A stretch of DNA of 63,237 nucleotides, the filler included, from Folioceros fuciformis (taxonomy: Eukaryota): the NCBI GenBank assembly GCA_049999805.1. It is 10 parts of 10 records of this genome, joined end to end, with 100 filler letters (N's around TTAATTAATTAA, not from the genome) between each part and the next. Parts side by side here need not be neighbours in the genome. Positions count along the whole stretch, not along the records: positions 48,478 to 55,313 come from JBNGIO010000982.1; positions 55,414 to 58,567 come from JBNGIO010000983.1; positions 58,668 to 63,237 come from JBNGIO010000984.1; 7 more parts are not named here. One strand, written 5' to 3'. Position 1 is the stretch's first letter, and each line of letters opens with the position of its first letter. Both the position numbers and the translations under genes were made by a program. The notes below the pieces were generated by a model. It had not been told where the DNA came from and did not search any database. It was given only the letters and a program-made list of their open reading frames with translations. Below are positions 49,550 to 63,237 of the stretch, piece after piece.

Positions 49550-50091
49550 AGATATACATATGTTCCGGTAGGCTACCCAGTTGCGCTGGGTTTTTTGATA
49601 GCTTAGAAAATTCTTTCAAAAACAAATTGGGATGACTATTCCAATCTTCACTTTTAAAAATTCTACACTCTGTTAACGCAATATCTTTATACTTGTGAGA
49701 TCGACTATGGTACAAGGCTTATGCATAGTTCGAGGAAGTTGAGACCACAGACTACATCCTAATAAGTTTCCCAAAAATTCCATACACCGATATCTGTGCC
49801 CAGGAAAAGGAAATTATCCTGTCAGTTTGCCCACATGGAGACAGTGATCGGCCTCCTACCTCCTGCGGGTGTACACTAGAACTGTCGTCTCAAACTGGTC
49901 GAGACACATCAGAATCCGATAGATCGACTCTCCTTGAATTGCTCATCACCTACTGAATTTCAGTCCCACTGCAAAAGAATGCTCTGAACCTTGCCGCCTG
50001 GGACATATCACAGGTGATAACTTTTTTCTCCAGACTCTGGGTTCTCTAGATACTCTTGTGGTGATCACAACCGACAAGAGAAACTCTTGAA

Positions 50092-53000
50092 CTATCTGGA
50101 ATCTGCATACACCGAAACAGTTGAATCCAGGGCCCCTGCGGCAAGTAGGACACTGTATGGGTGAAAGTTCAGGCAGCTGACGGGTCCGATCCTTTGGCCA
50201 AGAAAACTGTTGTGGTATCGGACGATGCTGAGCTGTTCACCATTCATGTTGTATACTTTGATAAACTGCTTGGCTGATCCAGTTGCAACAACTGGCGCAT
50301 GTCGATGGACCACCAGCGACGTCAGAAAGCCCTTGTGAGCTTCCACACTTAAGTAGGGCCCCGAGGTGTTTCGGATGTCGAGGAAGTTCAAGTCCCCAGC
50401 CGGTGAGCCACACACCATCTGCGTGTTGGTAAGCGCAGCTTCAGAGATCGCAGTAATTAAGACTTCCAGACCAGAGTAACATCCTTAGGACACCATAGGT
50501 ATCGGTTACAATCCTCACCTTTCCGGTCTCGATGCCTGGTTGAAAGTCGATACCAACTAGCCTTTGAGAACATGGCTTCATTGTGGCGACAAGTCTGATG
50601 CGAAGCAAAGGAAAATGCATTAGCCCTTCACTGAAATGAAATGACAAGACACCTAGACACAGTTATTCCAAGCTTAAAACTTCGGAAAGGGAATCTTACG
50701 GGGAATGAGGAAGGCGAACATCGAATAATCTAACAGATCCATCGACGCCTCCGCTTGCTATAAGATCACGGTGGACTTGAGAAGCAGCCTGACCAAACAG
50801 CAATTCAGACAAGTCGTTTACCAAAACAGCAACCACGGAGATATAGACACAACCATAAAATTTGCAAACGTATGACAAGAACAATCCAAGTCAGCACCAT
50901 ACCAGGGCAGATGTCGAACCATCACAAGGAATGCTTGTTGCTAGCATCTCCGTTGCAAGATCCCACACCATGATGGAGGATATCTCCCCTGAAGCATACT
51001 GCCAAAACCCAAACAACTTTTAGTTAAAGGAGAGACGCGGAACTATTTGCCTTCACTTCAGCAAATTGAAATATGCACACAGTACCAGCTTTCCTGTGGA
51101 CTGCTGCCAGTCAACCACAGCATTGATGCTCCGGGCACCAGGCCTATGTCCTTGCACAGTTTGCCATGCTGTGGCCAACCGTTGCTTATCCTTTTTCATG
51201 TAATCCTTCCAGACTCTGACACTGCCATCACCTGTCAACAGAAAAACCAGCCAGCTCAGGTATCAGGCTCAGATATCAGACAAGTGCAAGCCGCTGAAGC
51301 TAGATCACTCACTTGATGCCATGAGAAGCAAGGTTTCATCCAGCTCATTAAGAAGGCAAAGCCGTGATACACCCTTGTCAGGAGCACAGTGGTTCTCAAA
51401 GCTGTTCACCATCTCCCCTTCCTCATAGTTCCATATCCTGCTTCCACAAAATACAACCAACGTTAGAAATCAGGTGCCCTTGCGCATGCTATTGACAGAC
51501 TGAAGAAACTGGGAGCAGTAGCTCACCACAGTGTTTCCTTTTCATCTGCGATGCATACGGCCGGGATGAAAGGGTGCATAAGCACGGCTTTTGAACCCTC
51601 CGGTAATGTGTCACAGCTTGCTATTTGATCACTAACTTTGCTCACGCCTGTAAATGGAAAAAGAGTCGGACACGGCTCAGAAGGATGCCACGAAAACAAG
51701 AGTTCACGTTCACCAACAACTTGAGAGCAGCAGATTGAGTTCACATTCACCTGCATGCTGGCATTTTGAAATTCCATCCAGAGCTACTCTTTCTCGCTCT
51801 TCCCTATGTGGAAGGACTCCGTCTTCCTCATCAAGACCAGGCTCTAATAGTGGCCGTGCAAAGTGTTGACAACTCCATGGATATAATGTGGATGCAGGCA
51901 GACTTTCGACAATTGTGCCAGAAATTGCAGTGGACAGACTCCCAGCTTCAGCAAGGCCAGCTGCCACAGAAGGTTTCCGGCCAGGTGATGGTGTTGGAAT
52001 CCCGAGCTCCCCAGGGTACCGTAATTGGAGCCTTGCATTCTCCATTAATGGTGTGCTAGGCGTAAAACCCTCCATGGAAGAAACTCTTCGCATGGCAACA
52101 GGACTTCCAGTCAAAAAGGCTGAAGTGGGTCTTGGTGGGCTTGGTGGAGGAGTCCTCCATATATTTACAAGGTTTCCTGCAGTCCCAATGCCAAACACTG
52201 TCTCACAATGTCAACAAAAATAAGATGACCGATCCAGTAAGTTACTGTCAGATCGTAATGCTAAGCTACAGTACTTCAAACTTGGACGACTGAGGTCCAC
52301 AGTGATCAAAAGATAGAATACTGCAGAAAAAAGGACAGCGTACCTGAGGATGATGCCACCCATGAAGTAGACCGTGTTAGTGCATTTGGAATTGGGGTCG
52401 GCGGAATTGCACCCAAAGATGTAGTGCGACTGTGACCTGGGCCACCTGATGGTCTGGGTCTCCCTGGGACAGAATCAATCCCCAGAAGCCGAAGAACATG
52501 TCGTCCTAGACTGGCCACTCTTGGGGATGGGTCTCGGGCCAGAGTATATACAGCAGCAACACATGGCACATAGCAGGCCGAGCCACCGTCTTCTATTCTG
52601 AAACCCTTTAGTGCCCGTCCCACTCCATTGGTTGTGGAACCATTACTCAATCCTCTTGGCTCTTCTGAGTTAAAAGTATCAGTCGGTGATCCTTGGATTG
52701 AGGCTGGCAGAGATGCTGTGCCAGACACTGCCCGGACAACTCTTGGAGGAGTACTTGTAAGCCCTGCAGTGTCTATAGACGATAGACTGTTTCTCTGGTA
52801 GAAGTATAAGGTGGGGGATCCACTTCTGTGTCTGCTGGAAGCAAAATTAGGGCTGGATATCATATTCGAAGGGGGCTTTAGATAGGCAGCTGCCACAGTT
52901 TTGAACTTGTCGGTATGGCTGAGAGCCAACCTAGCCAACGCTGCGAACAGATGCAAACAATATCCGAATTACGAATCCTTGCAACCACACACAAAAATCA

Positions 53001-55103
53001 AGCCTGCATGGTGACCAACAAGTTCTAAGTAACTCACCTATTCCGAGCTCAGCCCTGACCAGAGGACTCCCATCATGCAACACTTTAAGCAACCGGGTTG
53101 CAACATCTCGTTCAGCTGTTTGAACATCTATTTCATCATCATCTTCTTCTTCTGTGATGTTATCCGACCTCAGATGCCCATCCCTTGCAGAACTGATCAA
53201 CGTCCCTAGGGCATACGTGGCCGAGGCACGGACCTGCAATCCAACAGAAGGGTATGATGGCCCAAAAATGAAGAGCCATAAAAAAAACTGAAGAAAGACC
53301 GTGAAAGGAACGTTGATCAGAAACAGGTCCAAAGACCATGCAAAGATGGCAACGCACCACAGGGTGTGGTTCAGACAGAAGCTGTGTGAGCACAGCAGGT
53401 GCCTTTTCCATGAGTGCTATGGACTGCGCAGCATCTGGCCCACCATCCCACAGCTTGCCAAGGCACAGGCATAGCCATTGCAGCAACACTGCCCGCGCAT
53501 CTGCCGGAACATCTGTGGGAGCTGTTTGTATGTATGACAGACAAATGGGGATCAAGCCGGCATGTATGCAAGCTGACTGTCCACGAGGGTGGTTGTCAGC
53601 TATGACAGCTAATACAAACGCAGCCATGGCTCGCTGCTCTGGATAGATGTCTTGACTATCCAAAAACTTAATGAAGTACTGGTGACCACCATCTTTAACA
53701 AGGTCAACCTGGCATGTCTGCAAAATTTAGGATAATCCATCAGCTGATGTACATGACTACCAACCAACTTACACTGGGAGCAGGTAAAATGCATCTTGAC
53801 AACTCAACCTTCTACCAACCTTATCCAAAGCCAGAATTTTAGTCCATATGAAAACCAGTATTTGGCGTAATTCAATTGCAGTAGTTTGCAAAAGCTTTAG
53901 AACATACGGGAATATCCCCACTGACAAAGCCTGTGCAAGAACACAACAACAAGAGAACCGTGTAAAAGAGGGGACACGAACCGAGCAGAAACAAGGGTTG
54001 ATGTACCTTGTAGTAACAGTAAGCTACCAATTAGCAGGCCGAAGGAAAACTTCTGATGCATCTGTCTAGCAGCACAATTTTTGAGAGGACGGACAAAGAG
54101 AGCAGTAAGCAAGGGCCAGACAAACACTAACTTGATCCACGGCCCATGCTCCCATATCCAGAAATCTCCCCAGCAGTACCAGAGCTCTGTACCGATGAGA
54201 CTGACTTAAAAGGACCTGCAATAGGCAGATAATCATCAAATAATTTTCCACATTTCACTGCAATAACATTCCTTGCTGATAGAACAAAACAAACGACCTC
54301 AGCTGGTAATGACCTGGAGAACGATGGGCAACTGTTCTGGTTGCTTTTTTCGCTCCGAACCATGCTCCAGCCACACTTCAAAGGCTGTCAGCTGTTCCGT
54401 GAAGAACCTACTAGGCTGCAAGTCACAAGACTACATTAGCCACTCATTTGAGCTCCTCATGGCTTACAGCCACAAATGCTGGTGGCAGCTAGCAAAGGTA
54501 CAGCACTTACAGCCAACTGACCTGAAACTCTGCTTTGGGGTCATTTTGCAGCCCATTCAACTGCGAGAGGCAGACTTCAGCAGCCATATCCCAAGAATGC
54601 CTGTATCACAAGTTGGAAGCTTGACATAACCAGAAGCACCAAACGGGAGAATGAAAGAAGTGCCAACTAGTCTTGAGCCCCTAGCAATCTACATACAACA
54701 TACCACATTGGATGCTGATGTGTTGGAGGAAGTTTAGGATAAGAAACTGGGCTGCAATTCGCAGCTCTCATTATCCGCTCCGCAAGTAAAAAATTTCGGA
54801 ATAAGCTTGCAACCAGCAGATCCTGACGAAATAACCGCTGAAAAAGTTCTGCACCACCCCAATCAATGAGTACCCTTCTCCATCATCAGCATCTAAAACC
54901 CCGCAACCCGGATTGATGCAGCTCACTTTCAAATGGCCAAAACCAGGAGTTTTGTACCTCTAGGGAGGACATTCCAAGCTATTGTATCCGTGATGGCTGT
55001 GAATATCCAATTCAGCTCCCCTAGGGGTGTCTTCCGATCATTTTGTCTCCCAGGAATTAGGTCTGGGTCCAGTGAATTTCGTAGCAGAGATCGTGGACAG
55101 AAC
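50092..55103 (-). CDS. RAPTOR: RAPTOR (TORC1 scaffold), 3' multi-exon part: end of RNC domain, HEAT repeats, WD40
   Basis: [114 protein letters not shown]. Confidence 0.96.
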
Positions 55104-55413
55104 CTTCACGTCACATTCCAATGAGGCAGTTAGCAAAACCTAGTGGCATCTCACGAAGATTTGGCGACTTTGGGCAAAGTCAGTTATGCTTGGACAATAC
55201 TTTGGAGCTCAGGTACATCGAGCCATGAGACTTGGTTTAAAAGATCCACCTGAATTTTTCATGTAAAGTTCAAAAGACTGGAAAGGGTCAGGGCCACATA
55301 AGACTTTCATAGGNNNNNNNNNNNNNNNNNNNNNNNNNNNNNNNNNNNNNNNNNNNNTTAATTAATTAANNNNNNNNNNNNNNNNNNNNNNNNNNNNNNN
55401 NNNNNNNNNNNNN

Positions 55414-58400
55414 TGACGCGCGAAACGAGCGTGCCAGTGAAGCGAGGACCCGATTGACGAGCGCTGGAAAGTGAACAAATTGCAGACGCCGGGAGCGAGA
55501 GTGTGGGCGCCGTATTGACCCCGGCTGAGGAAGTCAGGATCTCGATCAGACGTAAGAGGACATTCCTGTTATGAGCGACAGAGGCCCAAGTTGTGGACAT
55601 ACGATTCGAAAGAAGTTGTGAGGGTAACCTGTAGAATCTACATTTCATTTCGACCAATTTCAAACTAGCCTTTTGGTTGATTTGGATCGATTTTGAAGCA
55701 TGACGTCCTCAGAAAACGTCATGTTCAATATTGAGAAGTTAGATGGTACTAACTTCCCGTTCTGGAAAGAACAAGTGTATAATGTTCTAGTACAGAAGAA
55801 GCAGATCAAGCCCATCAAGCTGCTAGGAGTGAAACCTGTTAGCATGACTCAGGATGAGTGGCAGGATCTAGATGAGCTTGCTAGGTCTACCATCATGCTA
55901 ACAATGTCGAAGTCGGTCTACTTCAACGTGAAAGACAAGACCACAAGTTTCGAGCTATGGCAGAAGCTGTGTGACTTGTATGAGAAGCAAAGTGCGGCTT
56001 CTCAGGTGTATTGGTTGAAACAGCTGGTGGACTTGAAGATGAAGGAAGGGACGAGGATGTCCGATCATCTGAATGAGTTCAATACCATTTTCAGCCAGCT
56101 CTCATCTCAAGGTATCTCGTTCCCAGATTCCGTGAGAGCTATGTTTCTGTTGGTCACATTACCAGAGAGCTGGGACACCTTCCGTACGGCTCTGAGTAAT
56201 TCCGCTCTTGCCAGTGGTCTTACCGTTGTAAATGTAGAAGGTAGCCTGTTAACAAAGGAGGTGAACAGGAAGAATATGGAACCTTCGAAAGGTTCTAATG
56301 CCCTCATGGTGAGAGGAAGGTCCACTTCAAAGGGGAAGTACAAGGAGCGAAGTTCTTCACGTAGCAAATCTCGTAGTCGTAACAATGTTGAGTGTTACCA
56401 TTGTCACAAGAAGAGTCACATCAGAAGGGACTGCGAGAAGTTCAAGAAGGAAAAAGGCAAGGAGAAGAAGCAGAGCGACAACAAGGCAGATTCGAGTATT
56501 GAGCGTGATGAGGTGAACTCTGTTGACGATGAAGATGTTCTTATCTCTTCTTCTTTTGGTTCTGCACAACTGACAGCCATGGAGAGTCACTTATTCTCTA
56601 ATTGGATAATTGACTCTGGACCATCTTTCCATATTACTCCGCATAGGGAGTGGTTTAGCACTTATGATGCTACTAGGAAAGGATGTGTTCAGCTTGGAAA
56701 TAACTACGCATGCGAGATAGCAAGCGTTGGTGATGTGCAGCTGAAGTTCGACAACGGATCTTCATTCACACTAAAGGATGTCAGGCATGTTCCGAAGTTG
56801 ACCAAAAGCATGATTAGCGCAGGGCAGTTGGATGACGCTGGCTACCACTTTTGGTTTGGAGATCGTTCGTGGAAGATCTCCAAAGGTTCTCTAGTGATAG
56901 CTTGTGGCTCAAAGCGTGGCACTTTGTACTCACTTCAGGTAACCACTATCAAGGATCATGTGATTTGTGTAGCGGAACAGCCAAGTGTTTCCTTGTGGCA
57001 TAGTCGGTTAGGACATATGTCTCAAAAAGGAATGAAGATCTTATCTCGTTTTGGTTACGTCCCTGTTCTTGACTTCTCCGATTTCTCCGTGTGTGAGCAC
57101 TGTTTGTATGGAAAACAGACGAAGTCACCACATGGAGCAAGAGGTAAACACAAAAGTAAACCTCTTGAATTGGTTCACAATGACATTTGTGGACCTATGG
57201 CCACTATGTCGTTAGGCGGTGCATCTTATTTTGTCACTTTCATTGATGACTTCTCACCCAAGGTGTGGGTTTATCCTTTGAGGAAAAAGAATGATGTTCT
57301 GACAGTGTTTCAGAAATTCGTCACCCTTGTAGAGAATGACTCTAGCCTCCGGCTGAAGTGTCTAAGAACAGACAATGGGGGAGAGTATGTCTCGAAGGCT
57401 TTCCAGTCATTCTGTGATTCCAAGGGAATCAAGAGAGAATTGACTGCACCGTATACTCCTCCCCAGAATGGTGTGGCTGAGCGGATGAACAGGACCATCC
57501 AGGAGAGGATGCGTAGTTTGTTGTCAAACTCTGGATTGCCTAACGGATTTTGGGCAGAAGCGGTGGTTACGGCAGTGCATCTTATTAACAGATCTCCTAA
57601 TAGGGCTGTGGATGAATAGGTTCCAGAGGAGATGTGGTCTGGAAAGAAGCCGTCATACAAACATCTACGAGTGTTTGGCTGCGAGGCATACTACCATGTT
57701 CCGAAGGAGTTTCGCGACAAGTTGGCTCCTAAGTCAAGAAAATGTATTTTTCTTGGCTATGGTGAATCTGGTGAGATGGGATACCGTCTGTGGGATCCAG
57801 AAGCCAAGAGGATGGTTCGCAGCAATGATGTGTTCTTCAATGAGACCAAGATGCACAAGAAGCCTACTCCAACTGTGGAGGTGCGACGGGTGGTCTTCCA
57901 AGAAGATGGACTTGACCGTCCCGCGCAGGCTGAACATCGTGATGTGCAGGAACAAGTTCCTCCACTTGTAGACGAGGAGAGAGTGCAACCAGCTCCGGTC
58001 GAGGCGCCAATGCTTCGTAGGTCAGGAAGGATCTCACGTCCTCCTGACAGGTATGTTGCATCTCTTGATTATGTCATGCTGACGGATTGTGGGGAGCCCT
58101 CTTGTTACCAAGAGGCCATGTCAGTGACTGACAAAAACAAGTGGGAGAAGGCGATGCAGTCGTAGATGGATTCGCTCCATAAGAACCAAACTTGGGAGTT
58201 GGTTCGGTTGCCTAAGGGCAAGAAGGCGTTGCCATGCAAATGGGTGTATAAGATGAAGGACATACCCCATTATGGCAAACCCAAGTACAAGGCACGATTG
58301 GTTGCTAAAGGTTTTAAGCAACAGCAAGGTATTGACTTTGATGAGATTTTCTCATCAGTTGTCAAAATGACTACCTTGAGATGTGTTCTTGGTCTGGTTG

Positions 58401-58567
58401 CGAGGAACGACATGGAACTTGTCCAGATGGATGTGAAGTCGGCATTTCTGCATGGTGATCTCCAGGAAGAGGTATACATGCAGCAACCAGAGGGTTTCAT
58501 TGAGAAGGGCAAAGAGAGTCTGGTGTGCAAGTTAAAGAAGAGCCTTTATGGTTTGAAGCAGGCACCC
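55414..58567 (+). mobile_element. Second, less decayed copy of the 36461-41760 copia family (gag from 55700, PR, IN, start of RT), cut by contig ends
   Basis: Colinear and highly similar to about 37400-40360; only two in-frame TAG stops (57617, 58163). Confidence 0.96.
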
Positions 58568-58667
58568 NNNNNNNNNNNNNNNNNNNNNNNNNNNNNNNNN
58601 NNNNNNNNNNNTTAATTAATTAANNNNNNNNNNNNNNNNNNNNNNNNNNNNNNNNNNNNNNNNNNNN

Positions 58668-61600
58668 GGCTGTGTCTGCGGCTGCTGCTCCCCCGGTGGA
58701 GCGGAACGGGGCGGCCACCTCCCAGGTTGTGGAGTTGCGGAAGGGCATGGACCAGACGTTTTACGGCCGCCAGTTCTTCCCTCTTGCAGCTGTTGTTGGG
58801 CAGGTGAGGCGCGGTCGGTTGGTTCTCTGGTTTGGGTGTATGTAGAGACGATTTTCCAGGCCCCGGCCCCGGCCCCGGTGGATTCGGAGAGGGTTGTGGG
58901 GAGAGGAATTTGGGCAGGTGCGGTCTTCTGCGTTTTGCATGGTGGGTGGGAAAGGGTGGGAGGGAGGGCGTGGAATTCGAAGCGGGTTGGAGGAATGAAC
59001 GCAGTGGGAGGTTCAGGGTTTAAGGATGGAATGCCGAGGTTAAAAATATGGTTTTCCCAGGATGAAGCACGTTTGAGGAAAATGTGAGTGTGCTGCTTCT
59101 TGGTATTAATGTGCCAGGCACTTCATGCAGGATGCTATCAAAGCGGCTCTTCTGCTTGGGGCAGTTGACAGATCGATAGGTGGGATTGCCATTTCAGGCA
59201 AGCGGGGGACAGCAAAGACTGTCATGGCTCGGGGCTTGCATGCTATTCTACCCCCCATCGAGGTTGTGGTGGGCTCCGTGGCAAATGCTGATCCCAAGTG
59301 CCCTGAAGAGTATGTTCTTGTTCTTGTGCTGTCTCATGTTGAACAGCAAGCCACTCACATTCTGACGCTGAGGATTTTCACTCTTCCTTTCATGTGCCCT
59401 ACTTTGCTTTGAGCAGGTGGGAAGAAGGGCTGGCTGATACGGTGCAGTACAATGAGGATGGCAGCATCAAGACGGCGGTTATCAGGACTCCATTTATCCA
59501 GGTGCGGGAGGGAAGGCACCTGGGACAGTTGCACCTTGAGGCCAGACCTCGACAGAGCTGATGATCTCCTTTCCGCTGTGCCAGATTCCGCTTGGTGTGA
59601 CCGAGGACCGTCTTATCGGGTCCGTGGACGTGGAGGAGTCCATCAGAACTGGAACTACAGTCTTCCAGCCAGGACTGCTTGCAGAGGCACACAGAGGAGT
59701 TCTGTATGTAGATGAGATTAATCTCCTGGATGACAGCATCAGCAACTTGCTGCTCAATGTGCTCACGGAAGGAGTGAATGTGGTGGAAAGAGAAGGAGTG
59801 AGCTTTCGGCATCCCTGCAAGCCCCTGCTCATTGCCACCTTCAATCCAGAGGAAGGATCTGTGAGGCCACATCTTCTGGACCGCATTGCTGTAAACTTGA
59901 GGTTGCAATGCTCTCCCTACTGACCTCTCATGCGTAGAGACTTGTGAAATATGGTGTCACTGACCTAGTCCAAGTTTGTGTCGCAGTGCGGACGAGACGC
60001 TGGAATTTGATGACCGGGTGTCTGCAGTGGAGGTCGCTACGCAGTTCCAGCAAAATGCGAAGGACGTTCTGAACGGGGTTGCCGAGGCCACGGACAACGT
60101 AAAGACGCAGGTATGTTCGTTCTGAACTCCGTTTCTCCACTCATAGCATGGCGCTAGACCGCGGGATTCTCATGATTTCTCTAACGGCCTCTTGCAGGTC
60201 ATTTTGGCACGGGAGTGGCTGAAGGACGTGACCATCAGCTCGGATCAGGTCAAGTATCTGGTGACAGAGGCAATCCGAGGCCGTTGTCAGGTATGGAATG
60301 CAGGCTTTCATCATGTATCAATTGTGTCGTAGCTTGATGCGGCCTCTCCAAATTGTTTGTGCGAGTATGCCGACGCTCGTCCTGCTCGTGGCAGGGGCAT
60401 CGAGCAGAGCTCAGTGCTGTTCGGGTTGCAAAGGCACTAGCTGCATTAGAAGGACGAGATAGAGTAGGAGTTGACGATCTAAAGAAAGCGGTGAGATTTA
60501 TGCTACCAGGCTTTCATTCTCAGCTGCCATGTGCTGCAGTGTCTAGTCCTGACATAGTCACGACTTGTGCATGCAGGTTGAGCTTGTCATCATCCCTAGG
60601 TCCATTATTGTAGACACGCCACTCGATCAACAAAACCAGCCACCACCACCACCGCCTCCCCCACCCCCTCAAAGCCAGGACAAAGATGAAGACGAGAAGG
60701 AGGAGGAAGAAGTAGGTGCAAGGCGGACTCTCCATGTTGCTGATACTCTGGTCTGATGTCATTCTTGCCCCACATCCAACTTATGTTGGCACTGGTGCTG
60801 CAGGAAGACGAAGATGATGATCAAGAGGACGAACAGCAAGAACAAGAAATCCCAGAGGAGTTCATATTCGATGCTGAGGGTGGCCTGGTGGACCCACAGC
60901 TGCTCTTTTTCGCTCAACAAGCTCAAAGGAGGAAGGGAAAAGCCGGAAGGGCCAAGAATGTGATCTTCTCGGAGGACCGTGGCCGCTACATAAAGCCCAT
61001 GCTTCCAAAGGTATGAAGTAACTATGAACCACCCACTACTGGGATTGATTTGCATCTCTTCAGTGGTCGATTTGCTCCATTCTCATCTGCATATTGGAAC
61101 AGGGCCCTGTGAGGAGGCTGGCGGTAGATGCTACGTTGAGGGCGGCAGCGCCATTCCAAAAACTGAGGAGGCAGAGAGCAACTGAGAAAGGGCAGGTGAA
61201 GAGGGTGTACGTGGAGAACACTGACATGAGAGTAAAACGGATGGCCAGGAAGGCTGGAGCCTTGGTAAGTGCAGCACCTCCCTCTTGCTGTTCGACGACG
61301 CAGTGTGCCTGACTGGGTTGCCATGGTGCTTACCCGGGCACATTGCTCCACAGGTGGTGTTCGTTGTTGATGCCAGTGGAAGCATGGCACTGAACAGAAT
61401 GAATAACGCTAAAGGTGCAGCAATGCAACTCCTCGCAGACAGCTACACCAGCAGGGACCAGGTGCCAGGAAACAAACTCCACCGCCAAGTTCCCGCGTCT
61501 ACCAGACTTACCTTTTTATATTTCACGCACATTCTTACACGGTCGTGCATTTGCAGGTGTCAATCATACCCTTCCGAGGAGATGCCGCGGAAGTGCTCCT

Positions 61601-62142
61601 CCCGCCATCCCGGTCCATCGCCATGGCCAAGAAGAGGCTAGAGAGACTACCGTGCGGAGGAGGCTCTCCTCTGGCCCACGGCCTAAGCATGGCCGTGAGA
61701 GTGGGCCTGAACGCCCAGAAGAGTGGAGATGTCGGACGGGTCATGATCGTGGCCATCACCGACGGCCGAGCCAACGTCTCGGTGAAGAAGTCCAATGGGG
61801 ATCCCGAAGCTATAGCCCCCGACGCCCCGAGACCGACGCAACAGGAGCTCAAGGACGAAATCCTGGATATCGCTGGCAAGATATTCAAAGCAGGAATGTC
61901 CCTGCTGGTCATCGACACGGAAAACAAGTTCATCTCTACGGGATTCGCCAAAGAGATAGCTCGAGTCGCCCAAGGTGCCTTCCACTTTCTTTCCCTGCTC
62001 CCCTGCCACACACGTCTCCCATTTTTCTCATACGAAATGCTCGCTTGTCTGTGCAGGGAAATACTACTATCTTCCAAACGCCTCGGACGCCGTTGTCGCA
62101 GCAGCCACCAAGGAGGCGTTATCGGGACTAAAGAGCGCTTGA
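58668..62142 (+). CDS. CHLD: Magnesium chelatase subunit D (AAA+ domain, Pro/acidic linker, VWA domain), multi-exon, 5'-truncated
   Basis: [52 protein letters not shown], poly-Pro linker, [25 protein letters not shown], last exon [11 protein letters not shown], stop at 62140-62142. Confidence 0.97.
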
Positions 62143-62695
62143 ACCAACAAGAAATAGCTGTAGAAGCCGTCCATTCAGACTCCGCTTATTTACACGTTGT
62201 TGATACAAATACAAGAGGCATTCGCTGCTGTGTAGACGGCGCCAATTTTTACGGCCAACGGTGGTAGGTGGTTCGATATTAAAACCACTGACTTTCCAGT
62301 AAGGAGTGGGCAGGATGTGCTTGCGAACAGGCGGCCGTCATCATAGCAGAGCGAATCTCTCAAGCGTGCTAGCGTCCAATACAGAGATCCCTTGCCATCG
62401 GAGCGAGGGAGGGCGGGGACAGGCGAGTCGCAGGCCACTAGTTGTCCTTCCCGCGCAACTTTCCTTCGAAGCGGCGATCGCGGATCCTGAAGCGATGAGC
62501 ACTCGCAGTATGCTGGCAGCAGGGTGTTGCAAATCTGAGCCTATGAATTGCATGTAGCAAGGGAGGAAGGAGTGGGAGACGTAGATCGAGAGTGGATTGG
62601 TCGCCGCAACATAAGGAGCAGAAGGATCAAAGGCTGTTACAACAACAGGACGAGTATCGAAGCCGGAAGCAGCAGCGGAAGAAGAAGAAGCCGCA

Positions 62696-63237
62696 ATGGG
62701 GGGAGGGGAGGTGGCTAAGGATCTGGCGGCGGGGACGGTGGCAGGGGCGGCGCAGCTGCTGGTGGGGCATCCCTTCGACACCATTAAGGTGAAGCTGCAG
62801 AGCCAGCCGCGGGCTCTGCCAGGGCAGCCGCCGCTGTACGCTGGGGCGGTGGACGCGGTGCGCAAGACGGTGCAGGCGGAAGGCCCGCGGGGCCTGTACA
62901 AGGGCATGGGGGCGCCTTTGGCAACCGTGGCCGTCTTCAATGCCGTGCTTTTCACGGCCAGGGGTCAGATGGAGGCCTTGCTGCGGGATCAGCCTGGGGC
63001 TACGCTCACCGTCGGGCAGCAGGTGGTGGCAGGCGCAGGCGCGGGAGTGGCCGTTTCCTTCGTTGCCTGCCCCACGGAGCTTGTCAAGTGCCGCCTCCAG
63101 GCTCAGAGTGCGCTGCAGGGAGTCTCGTCCGGGGGCGCGGCCACAGCGACAGCCGCGCTGCAGCACTACGGCGGGCCGCTGGACGTGGTACGCCATGTGC
63201 TGCGCGCCGAGGGTGGCGCCAGGGGTCTCTTCAAGGG
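62696..63237 (+). CDS. BOU: Mitochondrial carrier, A BOUT DE SOUFFLE (BOU)-like, 5' part
   Basis: EVAKDLAAGTVAGAAQLLVGHPFDTIKVKLQSQP, EGPRGLYKGMGAPLATVA.FNAVLF and ACPTELVKCRLQAQ. Open to the window end, so it is absent from the ORF track. Confidence 0.92.
   Translation, partial: MGGGEVAKDLAAGTVAGAAQLLVGHPFDTIKVKLQSQPRALPGQPPLYAGAVDAVRKTVQAEGPRGLYKGMGAPLATVAVFNAVLFTARGQMEALLRDQPGATLTVGQQVVAGAGAGVAVSFVACPTELVKCRLQAQSALQGVSSGGAATATAALQHYGGPLDVVRHVLRAEGGARGLFK

Noticed and set aside
60630-60715. Programmed frameshift in the CHLD linker, as in some prokaryotic chlD genes
   Set aside because: The exon reads through in one frame and no slippery site is needed.
62341-63196. Long minus-strand ORFs at the window end
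   Set aside because: Antisense shadows of the GC-rich BOU-like CDS.

Overview
This is eukaryotic nuclear DNA, not one continuous locus. Ten contigs are joined by identical 100-bp spacers (N44-TTAATTAATTAA-N44, a six-frame stop linker). Short GT-AG introns (mostly 80-200 bp), plastid genes (chorismate synthase, CHLD, DiT2, plastid-type sHSP) and an intraflagellar-transport gene (TTC21/IFT139) point to a compact-genome, seed-free land plant with flagellated sperm, such as a hornwort or Selaginella; that assignment is inference. Recognisable host genes: BLT-like coiled-coil protein, chorismate synthase, RTE1-like, sHSP, CWC25, DCD/NRP, TTC21/IFT139 (5' part), DiT2 (3' part), RAPTOR (3' part), CHLD, a BOU-like carrier (5' part) and a CCT5 pseudogene. 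Roughly a third of the window is retroelement DNA: several Ty1/copia families, including one two-LTR element; CRE-like non-LTR elements with a restriction-like endonuclease; and a TRIM-like mini element. The most unusual items are (1) an intact, spliced Crinkler-type coiled-coil + REase + kinase gene with all four predicted catalytic positions substituted, head-to-head with chorismate synthase; (2) a 3-exon gene for a mitochondrion-targeted, Rossmann-domain-only MECR derivative; (3) apparently spliced antisense ORFs behind pol in two related copia elements. All calls come from reading the sequence and recalling family motifs; no database searches were run.
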